DNA from: Mobula hypostoma
Taxonomy: Eukaryota
DNA: 64,000 nucleotides
Assembly: GCF_963921235.1 (NCBI RefSeq)
Contig: NC_086097.1
Span: forward strand, 130,078,001-130,142,000
Direction of reading: 5' to 3'
Part shown: piece by piece, positions 1 through 12,365 of the stretch
How the letters are laid out: each line of letters opens with the position of its first letter
Numbering within the stretch: position 1 is the first letter of the stretch
Made by a program: the position numbers and the translations under genes
The notes under the pieces: generated by a model
The model's input: the letters and a program-made list of their open reading frames with translations, nothing else
Told to the model about the DNA's origin: nothing
The model's database searches: none

Positions 1-447
1 AGAGACTATGCATTATGATCAGAGATTAAGGGAGCTAGGGCTTTACTCTCTGGAGAGAAGGAGGATGAGAGGAGACATGATAGAGGTATACAAGATATTA
101 AGAGGAATAAATGGAGTGGACAGCCAGTGCCTCTTCCCCAGGGCACCACTGCTCAATATAAGAGGACATGGCTTTAAGGTAAGGGGTGGGAAGTTCAAGG
201 AGGATAGTGGTGGGAAGTTCAAGGAGGATATTAGAGGAAGGTTCTTTACTCAGAGAGTGGTTGGTGTGTGGAATGCACTGCCTGAGTCAGTGGTGGAGGC
301 AGATACACTAGTGAAATTTAAGAGACTACTAGACAGGTATATGGAGGAATTTAAGGTGGGGAGTTATTTGGGAGGCAGGGTTTGAGGGTTGGTACAACAA
401 TGTGGCCCGAAGGGCCTGTACTATGCTGTACTATTCTATGTTCTATG
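1..447 (+). mobile_element. CR1-clade LINE, 3' end (ORF2 C-terminus plus TTCTATG-type tail)
   Basis: RLRELGLYSLERRRMRGDMIEVYKI...FFTQRVVGVWNALP is the CR1 ORF2 C-terminus. Carries an in-frame 24-bp tandem duplication (185-230); tail tattctatgttctatg. Confidence 0.92.
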
Positions 448-449
448 CT

Positions 450-1225
450 CAATGCTACCCCTGCCACTTGCTAATGAGGCCAGAAATAGGAAGATCATAT
501 AAGTTAACATGTGGCTAAGGAGATGGTACAGGAGCGAGGCTTCAGATTTTTGGATCATTGGACTCTCTTCCAGGGACTTTCATTGGACTCTCTTCCTGTA
601 CAGATGGTACAGTATGCACCTGAGCTGAAGGGGGACTAATATCCTAGCGGGAAGGTGGGGCGGGGTGGTAAACTCAAGTTGCAGAGAGATGGGAACCATA
701 GCATCAGAACAGACAGTGGGGAGGTTGTGGATAAAGATGCTGTTAGGCTTCAAGCGAAGTCGGGAATCGAAAGGTTGTGCATGGTGGGACTAATGATCTG
801 AGCTGCATATATTTCAGCACAAGGGACATTGTAGGAAAGAAGGATTACCTTAGGGCATGGAGCAGCACATCGAATTATGACAATGTAGCCATTTGTGAGA
901 TTTGGTTGCAGGAGGGGCAAGACTGCCAGTTCAATGTTCCAGTGTTCTGTAGTTTTAGACACGACAGAGCAGGAGGGATGAAAGGGGAAGGGTGGCATTA
1001 CTAGTCAGGGAAAATGTCACAGCAGTACTTAGTCAGGACAGACTGGAGAGTTCATCTATTGAGGATTTATGAGTGGAACTCAGAAATAAGAAAAGGTATG
1101 ACCACGTTAATGGGATTATATTATAGACCACCCAACTATTTGTGGCATCAGAGGAGCAAATTTTTAAAGAGATCATAATCTATTGCAAGAAACACAAAGT
1201 TCTGATAATAGGTGATTTTACCCAT
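450..1225 (+). mobile_element. Degenerate CR1 fragment: ORF1 esterase end plus ORF2 AP-endonuclease start
   Basis: Remnants of ORF1 NMWLRRW..GFRFLDHW and of the endonuclease CIYF...YDNVAICEIWLQEGQ...FRHDRAGG...YYRPP..IIGDF; many stops and frameshifts. Confidence 0.75.
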
Positions 1226-2059
1226 AAATTGCAGGAGTTAAAGAACTGAGAGATCCAGAGAGGTGATGGAGGACGTGAAGAAAAAAACAGGAAATAACAG
1301 AGCTAAGAAATTTGATGCACCCATCTGGAGATGGGAAAGGCATGGGTGTCCATTCCAGCAGCAGTCATGATGTAAGCCGAGGTTGCGATGGAAGTAGAAT
1401 CTCAGCTCAGGCTCGAAGTTTGTCAAAGCAAGGAGTTTATTGCACCATGGTGTATATGACAATAAACTAATCTGAATCTGAACCTATAGGGAGCCTGCCC
1501 TGTTAAGGAAGGAAGTACAAGTCATCCTGAAAGCATGGAATTTGTTGAGGCCACATGACATTGGAGAACACTGTTCAAATTCACTGCAATCTGACTGTAC
1601 ATATATACAATCAAATGAAACAACGTTCCTCTGGACCACAGTGCACTCACAAAACATGTATCACACACAGCACATAAAATATTACTACAAATAAGTTAAT
1701 AAAATTCAAAATGCAAGATGCGGGCAGCACAGGTAAACGGTAAACAGCAGCTTTTGTCTTTCTTTGGTTAAGCAGCCTTGATGAACCTCAGCAGCCACCT
1801 CCAGCACCATTTAAGAATTAGGTGGTTGATGGAATGTCTAACATTTAAAAATGATGAATGAGAATATCTTATACGTGTGGGAGTATTGCTGAGTTCTTTG
1901 CAAATATATTTTCAAAATCACAACTTTGATAGCATGATTCATTATAATCACGAGCTGTGTAATTTAAGCCGTTGAAGCTATTCTATTATACAAAAGTAAA
2001 ATGTCCCTCCATAAGGGACTTGAAGTAATCACTGAGCTTGAGCTTTGCAACTGTAGAGT

Positions 2060-2240
2060 AGGTGACTCAGTGGTACAGTACATCTCATAGAGCTGCTCCC
2101 TTACAGCTTCAGTTACCAGAGTTCAATCCCGACTTCAGATGCCGTCTGTGCGGAGTTTATACATTCATTCCTCTTGTGACTGTGAGGTTTTGCCCTCAGT
2201 GCTCCAGATCCCTTTCACATCCCTTAAAGTTGCAGGTTCA
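2060..2240 (+). mobile_element. tRNA-derived SINE (HE1/V-SINE-like), degenerate
   Basis: B-box-like gagttcaatccc followed by the V-domain-like gtctgtgcggagtttatacatt...gtgactgtgaggttt...gtgctcc. Confidence 0.65.
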
Positions 2241-2286
2241 TAAATTCATTGAGTTATATAGCAAGGAAACAGGCCCTTTGACCCAG

Positions 2287-2895
2287 GGATGTGATGTTGA
2301 AGCTCTACAAGACACTCATGAGACCACACTTGGAGTATTGTGTACAGTTTTGGGCTCTTTATTTTATAAAGGATATACTGACATTGGAGAGGATTCAGAG
2401 AAGACTCACGAGAATAATTCCAGGAATGAAAGGGTTATTGTATAAGGAACATCTGGCAGCTCTTGGGCTGTATTCCCTGGAGTTCAGGAGAATGGGGGGG
2501 GATCTCACAGAAAAATTCCGTATGTTAAAAGGCGTGAACAGATTAGATAATGGCAAAATTATTTCCCACGGTAAGGGATTCTAGGACAGGAGGGCACGAC
2601 TTCAGGGTTGAAGGACGTCCTTTTAGAACAGAGATGCGGAGAAATTACTTTAGTTAGAGGGTGGTAAATCTGTGGAATTTGTTGCCATGAGCGGCTGTGG
2701 AGGCCAAGTCGTGGGTGCATTTAAGTTAGAGATAGATAGGTTCTTGATTAGTCAGGGCATTAAAGGGTATGGGGAGAAGGCAGGGGAGCGGGGATGACTG
2801 GAAGAATTGGATCAGCCCATGATTGAATGGTGGAGCAGACTCGATGGGCCAAATGGCCCACTTCTGCTCCTGTATCTTATGGTTTGATGGTCTTA
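2287..2895 (+). mobile_element. CR1 LINE 3' fragment
   Basis: LYKTLMRPHLEYCVQFW...LERIQRRLTRIIPGMKGL...LGLYSLEFRRM plus CR1 3' UTR ending tcttatggt. Confidence 0.9.
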
Positions 2896-4560
2896 ATCAG
2901 CCCATGCTGTCCAAGATGCTTACCTAGCAAATGTTTTTGCCTATGTTAGGCCCATATGCTTCTAAACCTGCCCTATCATTATTATTGCCCAAGTGTCTTT
3001 TAAAGGTAGCAACTGTATTGCTCAAGGAATTGACCAATGTCAACACCTAAACCTGTAGGTGAATCATAGAATCTGGGGTGAGTTGAGGGAATAACTTAAG
3101 ATTCATGTAGGATTAGAGTAAATGGGTACTTAGTATGGACTCAAGAACTAAAGGACATGCCACTCTTAAAAAGTCAAAGCATCCAAAACTCATTATGTTA
3201 ATCTGGACTGGCTGCTAAGAACATTGCTAGCATTACAGCCATAAATGGGTGAGGAGGAAGGCAAAATGGAGGGTGCAAAGAAATTGTAGAGTTAAGTACC
3301 CATCAGATCTACTTTGCTATTTCCACAAGGTTCTGTGTGTGGCACTGGTCTTAATATTTCATGTAACAAATATTCCAAACACAAACAGGAAAATGCTGAG
3401 GACGTTCAACAGGTAAAGTAACAGCTGTGAAAAGAAATAAAGTCAAACGTTTCGGGTCTACAACTCTTTCCAAACATGTTAACCGCTTCTCTCATTTCTC
3501 CTCCCACAGATGCTGTCTGACCTGCTGATATTTTCTGGTTCATCTCAGTTTCCCAGCTTTATTTCTGCTTTCATTTACTGAGAGAAACAAAGTTGATGTT
3601 TCACATCTGGGGAACGAAGAAATCCTTGGCCCAAGTTTTGCCACAGAATGTTCCATAAGTGTTGGCACTAAAAAACATGCAAAGCAGAGCTCCTTCAGCT
3701 GACAGTGAACCAATATAAGTGAGAGAATCAGGCTTCCCACATCAGAAATTTAGAATATTCAAAACCAGAAATACAATGGTTGAAATTTAATTTTCTTCTG
3801 CTAATTAATTTCTTTCTCCTGTTACAGTCTAACAAAATGAGTGATGAAACCAAGTTGACAGACAAGGTCAAGCAGGCTAGTAGCAAATTGTTCATTCCTC
3901 ACTCTTTTCATGATGGCAGTTTTCCTCATCTTGATAGCTCTCAATGGGTTTACCCACTTTTCTCATTTTCATCTACATTCCTCTTCAACTGCACTATCCA
4001 TAGGACAATACAATGTCAAGTACTTCTGCTCAGCAGCTGAATATTATACCCATGAGCTGAACCTCAGTTTATCACTGAGCAACATCAGCTTGTCTGAAGT
4101 CACAAAAATAACGGTACACACTGAAACTTAGGCTCACGACAGATACTTGGTTCTAATAGATTTCAGTGCCTGGTCGTTAAACTGTGGTTTGCTAAGAATG
4201 AGTAATGTAGCTTCAGCGCATTTTTCCAACTTCATGAACAGATTCCGTTGACTATTTAACATTCAATGACATGTTTATCTTTCCAGATACTTGCTTTCTG
4301 TGTCAGTTCTGAAGTAGTTAGGCAATAATGTATCACCTTTTTTCCCTAAATTTCGCAGCATAGTTACAAAGTCAGTTCCATTTTTACCACATATTGATAT
4401 GGATTCCAAGCAGAGTTTTTAAAATAGATCACAGTGAATATCTACAATGTGTAGTCGTGGCTCAGGAAGAGCTCATGTCTGGTTCAGGAGGCTGAGAGTT
4501 CAAATTCTACTCCAGATACTAAGGGGCTACTGTTAGAATGTGGGGTCAATGTGGGCTTAC

Positions 4561-4738
4561 CTCTTTGTCCATGCTTTCCAAGTCCTCCTTGCAGAGTGTG
4601 TACAGAGGCATCGTCTCAGACATGCTGGGCTGTCGCTTCCGCCCTGCGGGACGCGATGAACTTGGCTTTTCGTTGTTCTGACTGGAGTTCGGTAGCTCAT
4701 CTTCATCCAAGATGTGGTGCTGGTGAGGCTGAACAACC
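4561..4738 (-). CDS. CTDP1: CTDP1/FCP1 coding exon (~human exon 11)
   Basis: (R)VVQPHQHHILDEDELPNSSQNNEKPSSSRPAGRKRQPSMSETMPLYTLCKEDLESMDKE; RKRQPSMSETMPLYTLCKEDLESMDKE is the conserved FCP1 C-terminal-region motif. Acceptor tgtgttttgtggcag, donor GAG|gtaagc; 178 bp, phase 2 to phase 0. Confidence 0.96.
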
Positions 4739-6009
4739 CTGCCACAAAACACAACACACAACCCAACTCAACCTCGTTTAAATCTTCTGCTCAGTAAGAT
4801 CCTGATTTGCTTTCTTGCAGGAAGAGAAAGACAACGGATAAATCTTCTTTGAGTACCAGAACTGGCCCAGTTTCAATAACTTTGCTTGGCCACAGTCAAT
4901 AAAACCACTGGCATAAATTATTTAACAGAAACTAATATATTTCCTTTAATAATTTACAGTTGCCCAAGACCTCACTTAATTGGGAATATATAGAATGGAT
5001 ATATAGTGAAGCTAAAAGGCATAAAGTAGTTTTGGGGAATTTGATTATTTGAAATAATTATTCACCCATCCAGGACCAGGGAAAGAGGCAGGGCATATTA
5101 CTGTGAAAGGCTACTACAGCTGAAGTCAACATCTTTAATTTCCACTGCTAGAGATCAATAATGCACCATGAAAAAGTTTTCTAATGGGTACTCAAACTTT
5201 TATGGAAAACTTTAAGATCTTATATACTGTATGTAACTATCATGTATCATGGAAATTGGGTTACAGGACAAGTACCTCCAAGGCACCTGAGTAATTACAT
5301 GAAGGTTGTCACTTGAGCCAAAATGGCTCAAGTGGAGGATGCTACCAGGGGTCCAGTTGAGGAGATGATCTTTCGTGGAGGTTTAAAAGAAGAAAGTGAT
5401 GGTCAAGAACACATGAAGAGAATTCTAGGTGTTTGACCGGTTTTGGTGGTTAAAAGCATTGTCCCCCTAATGGCTGAAGAGGAGGAGAGTTTGGGAAGTG
5501 GTGGAAAACACAGAGGTAAAATTGTGGATACAAATTTTATATTAATAAGACTGCACAATTAAGGACATTTATGTAATAATTTATGATCTGTAAACAATGT
5601 CTGAATCTATGTGCATGTGATGCTAGCAAGTTTTCTATTGTATCTGCACCCTACGATCCTTGTCACATGGCCATAAACTCAACTTCAAAATGTCAATATT
5701 CTATTGACATAACTGAAATCTATAATTAGTGAATTTTACAGAAACATGGCTGGCACAAACTTGTGTTCCAAGTAAAATGAACACTATTTGCTGAGGCTGG
5801 TATGTGTTTAGTCTAGTGCACAGCATTTGAATGACCATTAAATTTCTGAATTATATTTACCCCAATTAAAGTGGTAGACCATGTTAAGCAGGACTATCAT
5901 TTGTTTTCAAATAACAGGACCAGAAACCAACACATCCTCTCATTCCTGTTTCTTCATTCAATTAATCATTGGCTGCATTAATAATGATTGGCATGGAATG
6001 AGATTTGAA

Positions 6010-6445
6010 ATTGGTAAATTAGTTTATTATGTCACGTGTACTGAGGTACAGTGAAAATCTTTATTTCACATGCCTTCCACACAGATCATTTCATTACAAC
6101 AATGCACTGAGGTAGTACAAGGGAAAAACAATAACAGAGTGCAGATGGAGTATTATAGTCACAGCAAAAGTGCAGTGCAAGTAGACCATAAGTTACAAAT
6201 TCATAATGAAGTAGATCATGAGGTCAGGAATCCATCTTATCGTACTATGTGACCATTCAATAGCCTTATAACAGCAGGGTAGAAGCTCTGCTGTTTGTAT
6301 CTTCTGTCCAATGGGAGTAGTGAAAGGAGAGAATATCTGAAAGTAGGTGGGGTCTCTAATTATGTTGGTTGCTTGATTCAGGCAGCAAGAATTGTCAATG
6401 GAGTCCATGGAGCAGGTGCTGGTTTTCATGATGGACTCCCTGCAG
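6010..6445 (-). mobile_element. Rex1/Babar-type LINE 3' end, degenerate
   Basis: Minus-strand remnants (..SIDNSCCLNQATNIIRDPTY..) and a 3' UTR ending tgacataataaac, shared with the other Rex1-type tails in the window. Confidence 0.55.
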
Positions 6446-7802
6446 TTGTGCTTTAAGAGCAGCTTTAAAAAAAATATCAGCCAGCCAAAGGCAACTCCAT
6501 TTTGTTAGTATGGAATGCTACATGTCAAACATGATGAAAACCTCAGCTGACAAAGGGTAAAAACAGAACAAATCCTGGGAATGAGGGGGTGGGGAGAGAA
6601 AGGAAGACTAGACTGACACATCAGAGATTTGAAGAATGAGAAACGACTCCAGTGAGATGTTACAAGTTCTGAGAATGATAGGGTGGAACCAGCAACAACA
6701 GCTATTTTGCAGTTTATCTCCTGATTTCTACCACTTGCTATATTGAGAAGTGCTCCATAACTTCACTCGTGGAAGGCCTTGCTTGTATGTGTAGCTTCTA
6801 CACCCTTCCAGCCCCAGGCTCTTTAGACAGTGGAAATATTCTCCCTTACAATCAGTCCTCCTTAACACATTGAAATGTGACATCAAAGTACTCCTAAAAC
6901 ATATAAAGTACACACAGCATCTTATTTCCCCTCCAAGTACTGTCTTATTAATACTCATAGGGCTCATTATTTTTCTATGCCAGATTTTACTATACAATTT
7001 GAGTGATAGACAGAAATGTTGAATTGGATTCTACTGTAGAACATCGTGTATATGCAAGCCAATCCTTTCAGTGTCAAGCACCAGAGAGTAACACAATATT
7101 CTTACGATAACAGTATTAGTATTTGCTAATTTTATTTTGTTGGAGGACAGTATAACCACATAGTGGCTGAACCATGAAAACAAAGAGCTCATTGATGTTC
7201 AGTTAAAATGATTAATATAAACATTCATCTTATTCCAAGAGATAATTTTTTTTCACAGTTTTCTTCCCTCAAGAATCACAAACAAAGTGACTAGAACTTG
7301 CTTTTAATAATTACTGCAGGAAAAGTTGTCAATAAGCTTATTTTAGAACACTGGCACCAGCATAATTTAGGAAAATTGTACAAGCTAGTTAACTTTGACA
7401 TTGTGAAGTTGTAATTTTTAATTATCACCTCAATGTAACTACCTATATTTAACATTACAAAGCACTTGGAAATGGTGTTGATGCTTGAGGTATTAAAACT
7501 AATCACTGTGCTGTCAGGTGTTTTCACAGTGCACTGGCAGTGCCAATGAAGAACTCCTCTCTATTAAACCATTATATTACACCACATGAATCAATTTCAA
7601 ATATGTTCTGCACTGCTAGGGATTTCATTACAATTGTGTCTGGTCTACAGAGGAGTTACCAATATACTTAATCCTATAATGCAACTAAACTCATCAATTA
7701 TACACATAACTCACTGATTCATCCACATGAATGCATGTTACCAACCGTTTTGATAGCCATTGAAAGGCTAAGATCAAAGCTCTTTGCTAATATAGAGGTA
7801 TT

Positions 7803-8120
7803 TACAAAATGCTGGAGGAACTCAGCAGGCCAGGGAGCTTTTATGGGAAAGAGTAAACAGTCAACGTTTTGGGCTGTGACCCTTTTCTAGGATTGGAAAG
7901 GAAGGTGATAAGTGAGTGGGATGGTGGGGAGTGAAGTAAAGGGCTATGAAGTTGAATGGTGAAAGAGCTGAAGGACTGGAGGAGGGGGACTCTGATAGGA
8001 GTGGACAGAAAACTATGGACGAAAGGAAAGGAGGAGGAGCATCAGAAGGAGGTGATGGGCAGGTAAGGAGATAAGGTGGGAGAGAGAAACAAGAATGGGG
8101 AATGGCGAGCTGGGGGGAAT
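7803..8120 (-). mobile_element. Penelope-like element (PLE) 3' pseudo-LTR fragment, older subfamily
   Basis: caaaatgctggaggaactcagcaggccagg...cagtcaacgttttgggc followed by a purine-rich tract; reverse complement of the 3' region of the PLE at 50302-51070. Confidence 0.75.
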
Positions 8121-8224
8121 TATAGCGGCACTCCTTACTTAACTGCTTTCTATATTGGAGGTAGCAGTCTGAGAATATGAGATGTTAAAAGCAATGTTAG
8201 TGGCAAAGATATAAAGAAATCCAA

Positions 8225-8332
8225 GAAACACACATAAAAGTTGCTGGTGAATGCAGCAGGCCAGGCAGCATTTCTAGGAAGAACTTTTATGTGTGTTGCT
8301 TGAAATTCCAGCATCTGCAGATTTCCTCGTGT
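8225..8332. mobile_element. Miniature fold-back PLE terminal insertion with 13-bp TSD
   Basis: Inverted PLE terminus joined to a sense PLE 3' end; flanked by taaagaaatccaa at 8212-8224 and 8333-8345. Confidence 0.85.
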
Positions 8333-9164
8333 TAAAGAAATCCAAAGTGAGCACTATTTCCTTCCCATGGATCTTCTGCCTTGATGCCAGCAACAATGCC
8401 ACGAGTTTTCTAGGCTTCCAAGTGGTAGTCAGATTATCAAGCATTCGCATCAGTCTAAACTGCAGCTGACATCTTTCTCCTAGTCACCTGGGCTATAGCT
8501 GCACATAATGTGCCAAAGTATTCCTTATGGAGCCTAACAAGCTCGAACAAACCTCAACACGCTTCTCCGCTCACAGTCTGCCTAAATCCTGGACTAAGGC
8601 AGGCAAAGGACACTCCCATGTAATGAATGGGGAACATTAACTTATGTGGGTATTTTCTTATATTAAATTGTGTACTGTTTTATGCTCTATATGTTGTACC
8701 TGCCTGAACCACTTCTTCTCATAGCTCATTCTGTAAACTTATCAACCTTTGTATAAAAAAAATTGCCCCTCTAGTTCCTTTTAGATATCTCCCATCACCT
8801 TAAACCTGTGTCCTCTAGTTCCTGATTCCCCAATCCTGGGAAAAAGGCTGAGTGCATTCCATCATACACCTCTACAAAATCCCCTCTCCATCTCCCACCC
8901 TCAATTTTGTCCAAATTCAATATAACTTCACTGTTTCTCTATTCTATTAATTAATGGAAGGATCCTATATACTTTACTAAACATTCAACACAGAACACAC
9001 TGCTGGAGGAACTCAGCAGGTTGGGCATCATCTGTGGAGGAAATTGGACAGTCGAGACTTTGGGTCATTACCAGAGTCCAGATGACTGACCAGTCCCTCA
9101 GTAGATGCTATCAAACCTGCTAGGTTCCTCCAGCTGTTTTTTTCTCGCTCCAGATTTATGGTAC

Positions 9165-9385
9165 TAGGGACCTGCATTCACTTCCCACTGCTGCCTGTAA
9201 GGAGTTTGTACATTCTCCCTGTGACCGCGTGGGTTTCCTCCCACAGTTCAAATGACATTCTAGTTGGTAGGTTAATTGGTCATTGTCAATTGTCCTGTGA
9301 TTAGGCTCCGATTAAATCAGGGGATCACTGGGGAATGCGGCTCGAAGGCTGGGAAGGCCTATTCTACGCTGTTTCTCAATAAACA
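9165..9385 (+). mobile_element. HE1/V-SINE-like SINE
   Basis: ctgtaaggagtttgtacattctccctgtgaccgcgtgggtttcctc...ggtaggttaattggtcattgt; same family as 43590-43855 and 62015-62290. Confidence 0.7.
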
Positions 9386-9914
9386 AATTCCACCGCCTGC
9401 AGTCTCTTGTGTCACTGCTCTCTCAACACACACTGATATTGAAGGATTGTGCATGTTTACTTCCTCATTCTTCAACACCCTTCAAAACATTTTGTCTTTA
9501 TCATCTGTCATTCTTCCTGCCAGAATGTACAATTACATAACCTTATTTATGTCATTTGTTTCTGGATTTTATGGCTGACATTGGATTTGTTACATTGGGT
9601 ACTGTTAATGGGCTACAAGTTACTCAGCACCATATGTCCGATACAACTATTGTCTATATTTTATCTATAATTAAACCTGGAAGTGCCTTCTACTAGCAGA
9701 TGGCCAAGTTGGAAGGAAGCGAACATCTCAAGTGAGCTTCAGCACGTAATACAGTACAGAAACAGGACCTTTGGGTGCTAACCAATCATATTAATCAATT
9801 TTATTCCCCTCCCCATATTACCACCAACTCTTTCCTGTTTCAACCATTAACCAACAAAGTAGCGAAATCTAAAAGTACAGCCATTTAATCTATGGGTATA
9901 GTTGCAAGGCAGCA

Positions 9915-10280
9915 GAGGTGTGAGGTCAGAGTTTTCCTTCTCCCAGATGAGCTGCCAAGCACGGCCGATAAGCCCCAACTACCCGAAATAAATGGTTTTA
10001 AGTAACCTCGCAAACACGAGGAATTCTGCAGATGCTGGAAATTCAAGCAACACACATAAAAGTTGCTGGTGAACGCAGCAGGCCTGGCAGCATCTCTAGG
10101 AAGAGGTGCAGTCGACGTTTCAGGCCAAGACCCTTCTTGCCTGGACTGCTGCGTTCACCAGCAAATTTTACGCGTGTTGTTTTAAGTAACCTTCCATTTT
10201 CCCTTCTCCTATCAGTAGAAATAAATCCTGCCGGGCTTAGTAGCTCTGCCCCAGCTATGACAACCTTAAGGAGCTAACAG
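9915..10280 (-). mobile_element. RTE-clade LINE 5' UTR-derived fragment, interrupted by a PLE mini-insert
   Basis: Minus strand reads ggcagctcatctgggagaaggaaaactctga, resembling the conserved RTE 5'-UTR motif GGCAACCAGTCTAGGAGAAGGAAAACTCTGA (recalled, not searched). Confidence 0.55.
10009..10179. mobile_element. Miniature fold-back PLE terminal insertion with 13-bp TSD
   Basis: Minus-sense PLE 3' end (10009-10136) plus a short inverted arm (10137-10179); flanked by ttttaagtaacct at 9996-10008 and 10180-10192. Confidence 0.85.
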
Positions 10281-11694
10281 TGACAACTATTCATGAGGGT
10301 AAGTTGAAAAAGTGACAAGAAGCCACCTACGCCGATGGTTAATGGCAGGAAGACTACTGGATTTTGCAACTTTGAGTGGTGACATGAACATCACAATTGC
10401 TAAAGATAAAATAATGAACAGAGGTACATTTTTTTGACATTTCCAGAATTTATCACTTTCATAAATCAGATGCTTTACAGCACAGAGGGTGGCCCTCACA
10501 CCATTACACCTGCATTGACTGGCAAGTGAAAAGTCATCTGTAAAGGCCAGCAGAGATAAAATGTTTAAATATTCAGTAGAAATGCTTGAGGGGACAGTTT
10601 GCGGGGAGGGGAGACAGACATATTTCTGCTTCCACATCTCAGATAAAATCAATATTTGTACCATATTGCAACCCCTACACAAAATTACAGGATCTTCTTT
10701 TTGAACAAAATTCAATAGGATTTGTTCTATAAACAATATAGAACACAAAGAACAAAATAACAGTGCATATGGAAGAACTAAGGTAGGACCAATGTAAAAG
10801 ACCACAAATGGCTCCAACTTTGAATGACAATTTTATTCATACAAGGGGCTTAAGAAAGGTATTGTGAGGTAACCAGGAATGAAAATTTCAATGGCCACTC
10901 AGTCTTGGAACAACTGCAAAACAAGTGGTTTAACATGAAAGAAGTCAAAGGCTTCCATGGAATGCAATATATTTTCAACGGAGACAATAAAGAGCAACAA
11001 TTGTATAACTAGTGCTTTGTAGTGATAAACGCTCAATTTTGGCCCAAGTATAGTTACCGTGCTCTCCCTTTAATCACAATGTCTGCCCAACAAGGACTGT
11101 TGATCATCTTAAAAACTTCCATCTTTTCACCTCTCAAAGCTCAACTTCTTCCAGGCTTCTGCTCGTAAACAACATTAGGACTACTTGGTTAATATGTCAT
11201 TAGTCAACTCAAATGTTGGCCTAAACTACAACTTTGGCATAGGCAAAAAATGTTTGGAGAAGAGTGTGGGTGTGTATTTTTGTCTGTCTCCAAAATCTCG
11301 GCAACACAGCAAGCCCTCCTGCTCTGGGAAATGCTCCCCTCATTTACACAAGATCCATGTCAATTGCTGTCCTGAGACTGTCTGCTCAGTGAAGGAATTT
11401 CCATGGCTTACCCACATCTCCCACTCTTCCAACAAGTAGGAAGTATTTCCCCCAGTAAGTATTGCCGACCACTCAACTCTAAGAGCCAAGAGTGCAATCT
11501 GAAAGGTCCACTAAATGGAGATGTGATCTATGGGAAGGAACTTCTTGGAGGACCATTGTATGAAGGCCCCCCCTGCATATAATGTACAAGATTATATCGC
11601 CTAAATGGAAGTCTTAATAAAATAATGCAATTGAATAGTAATGCACTGACTCTAATACATTGTTTGTTATTGCAATTAAATAAAGTTTGTAAAG

Positions 11695-12365
11695 GAGGGA
11701 GGAGAAGACGGTGGCGCGACGGCAGCGCACGCGGCCTTTCCAGTGATGAATATCTGTAATCTGTCAAGTAGGGGACCATGCACAATTCTGATTTGATGGA
11801 GACAGATGTGAGAGCACGGAGGAATCTAGAAAACTTCTGAAATGCCCGCTTCGCTGCCGCTGCTACTGTGTGGTAACCGGAACGTCCGGAGCTGATGGCC
11901 CCGAAATCCTCGGCTTTGCGTGTTTCAGTGGCTGGGGCGAGGTCGATGGCGCTCGGCAGAGGATGGCGCTCGGGAGGCTGTATCGGAGCGGCCGGTCAGA
12001 AGCTCGAAGTTTTTGGATGGATGGACTCAGTGTCAGCTGTGGTCGGCTGTTTCCAAGGCATCGGCAAGTTGATGGTGCCCGGAGGTTTATGGCAGGGAGT
12101 TTCTCCCTTTTGTCGCCTACCATCGGGGACTCGGGGACTTTTGAGACTTTATTTACCATGCCCATGGTTTGTTCCTCATCAAATTATGGCATTGCTTTGC
12201 ACTGCTGTAACTATATGTTATAATTATGTGGTTCTGTCAGTGTTAGTCTTTGGTTTGTCCTGTTTTCTGTGATACCACTCCGGAGAAACATTGTATCATT
12301 TCTTAATGCATGTATGCATTTCTAAATGACAATAAAAAGAAGACTGAGTGTTCTCATAATCTAAT
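11695..12365 (+). mobile_element. CpG-rich non-autonomous retroposon with Rex1-like ends
   Basis: 5' aagacggtggcgcg (AAGATGGCG/YY1-like), a GC/CpG-rich body with no RT homology, and an AT-rich 3' end with tgacaataaa and a ctaat tail like the Rex1-type tails here. Confidence 0.5.

Noticed and set aside
4557..4766. Alternative-frame ORFs over CTDP1 exon 11 (including 4551-4781 +)
   Set aside because: Shadow frames; only one frame matches FCP1 and the splice phases.
10287..10817. 176-codon minus-strand ORF in unique DNA
   Set aside because: TTG start, no recognisable domain, composition typical of translated AT-rich non-coding DNA; CTDP1 exons already join in frame without it.
11863..12272. 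Three overlapping 100-125 aa ORFs
   Set aside because: By-product of high GC inside a repeat; no homology recognised.
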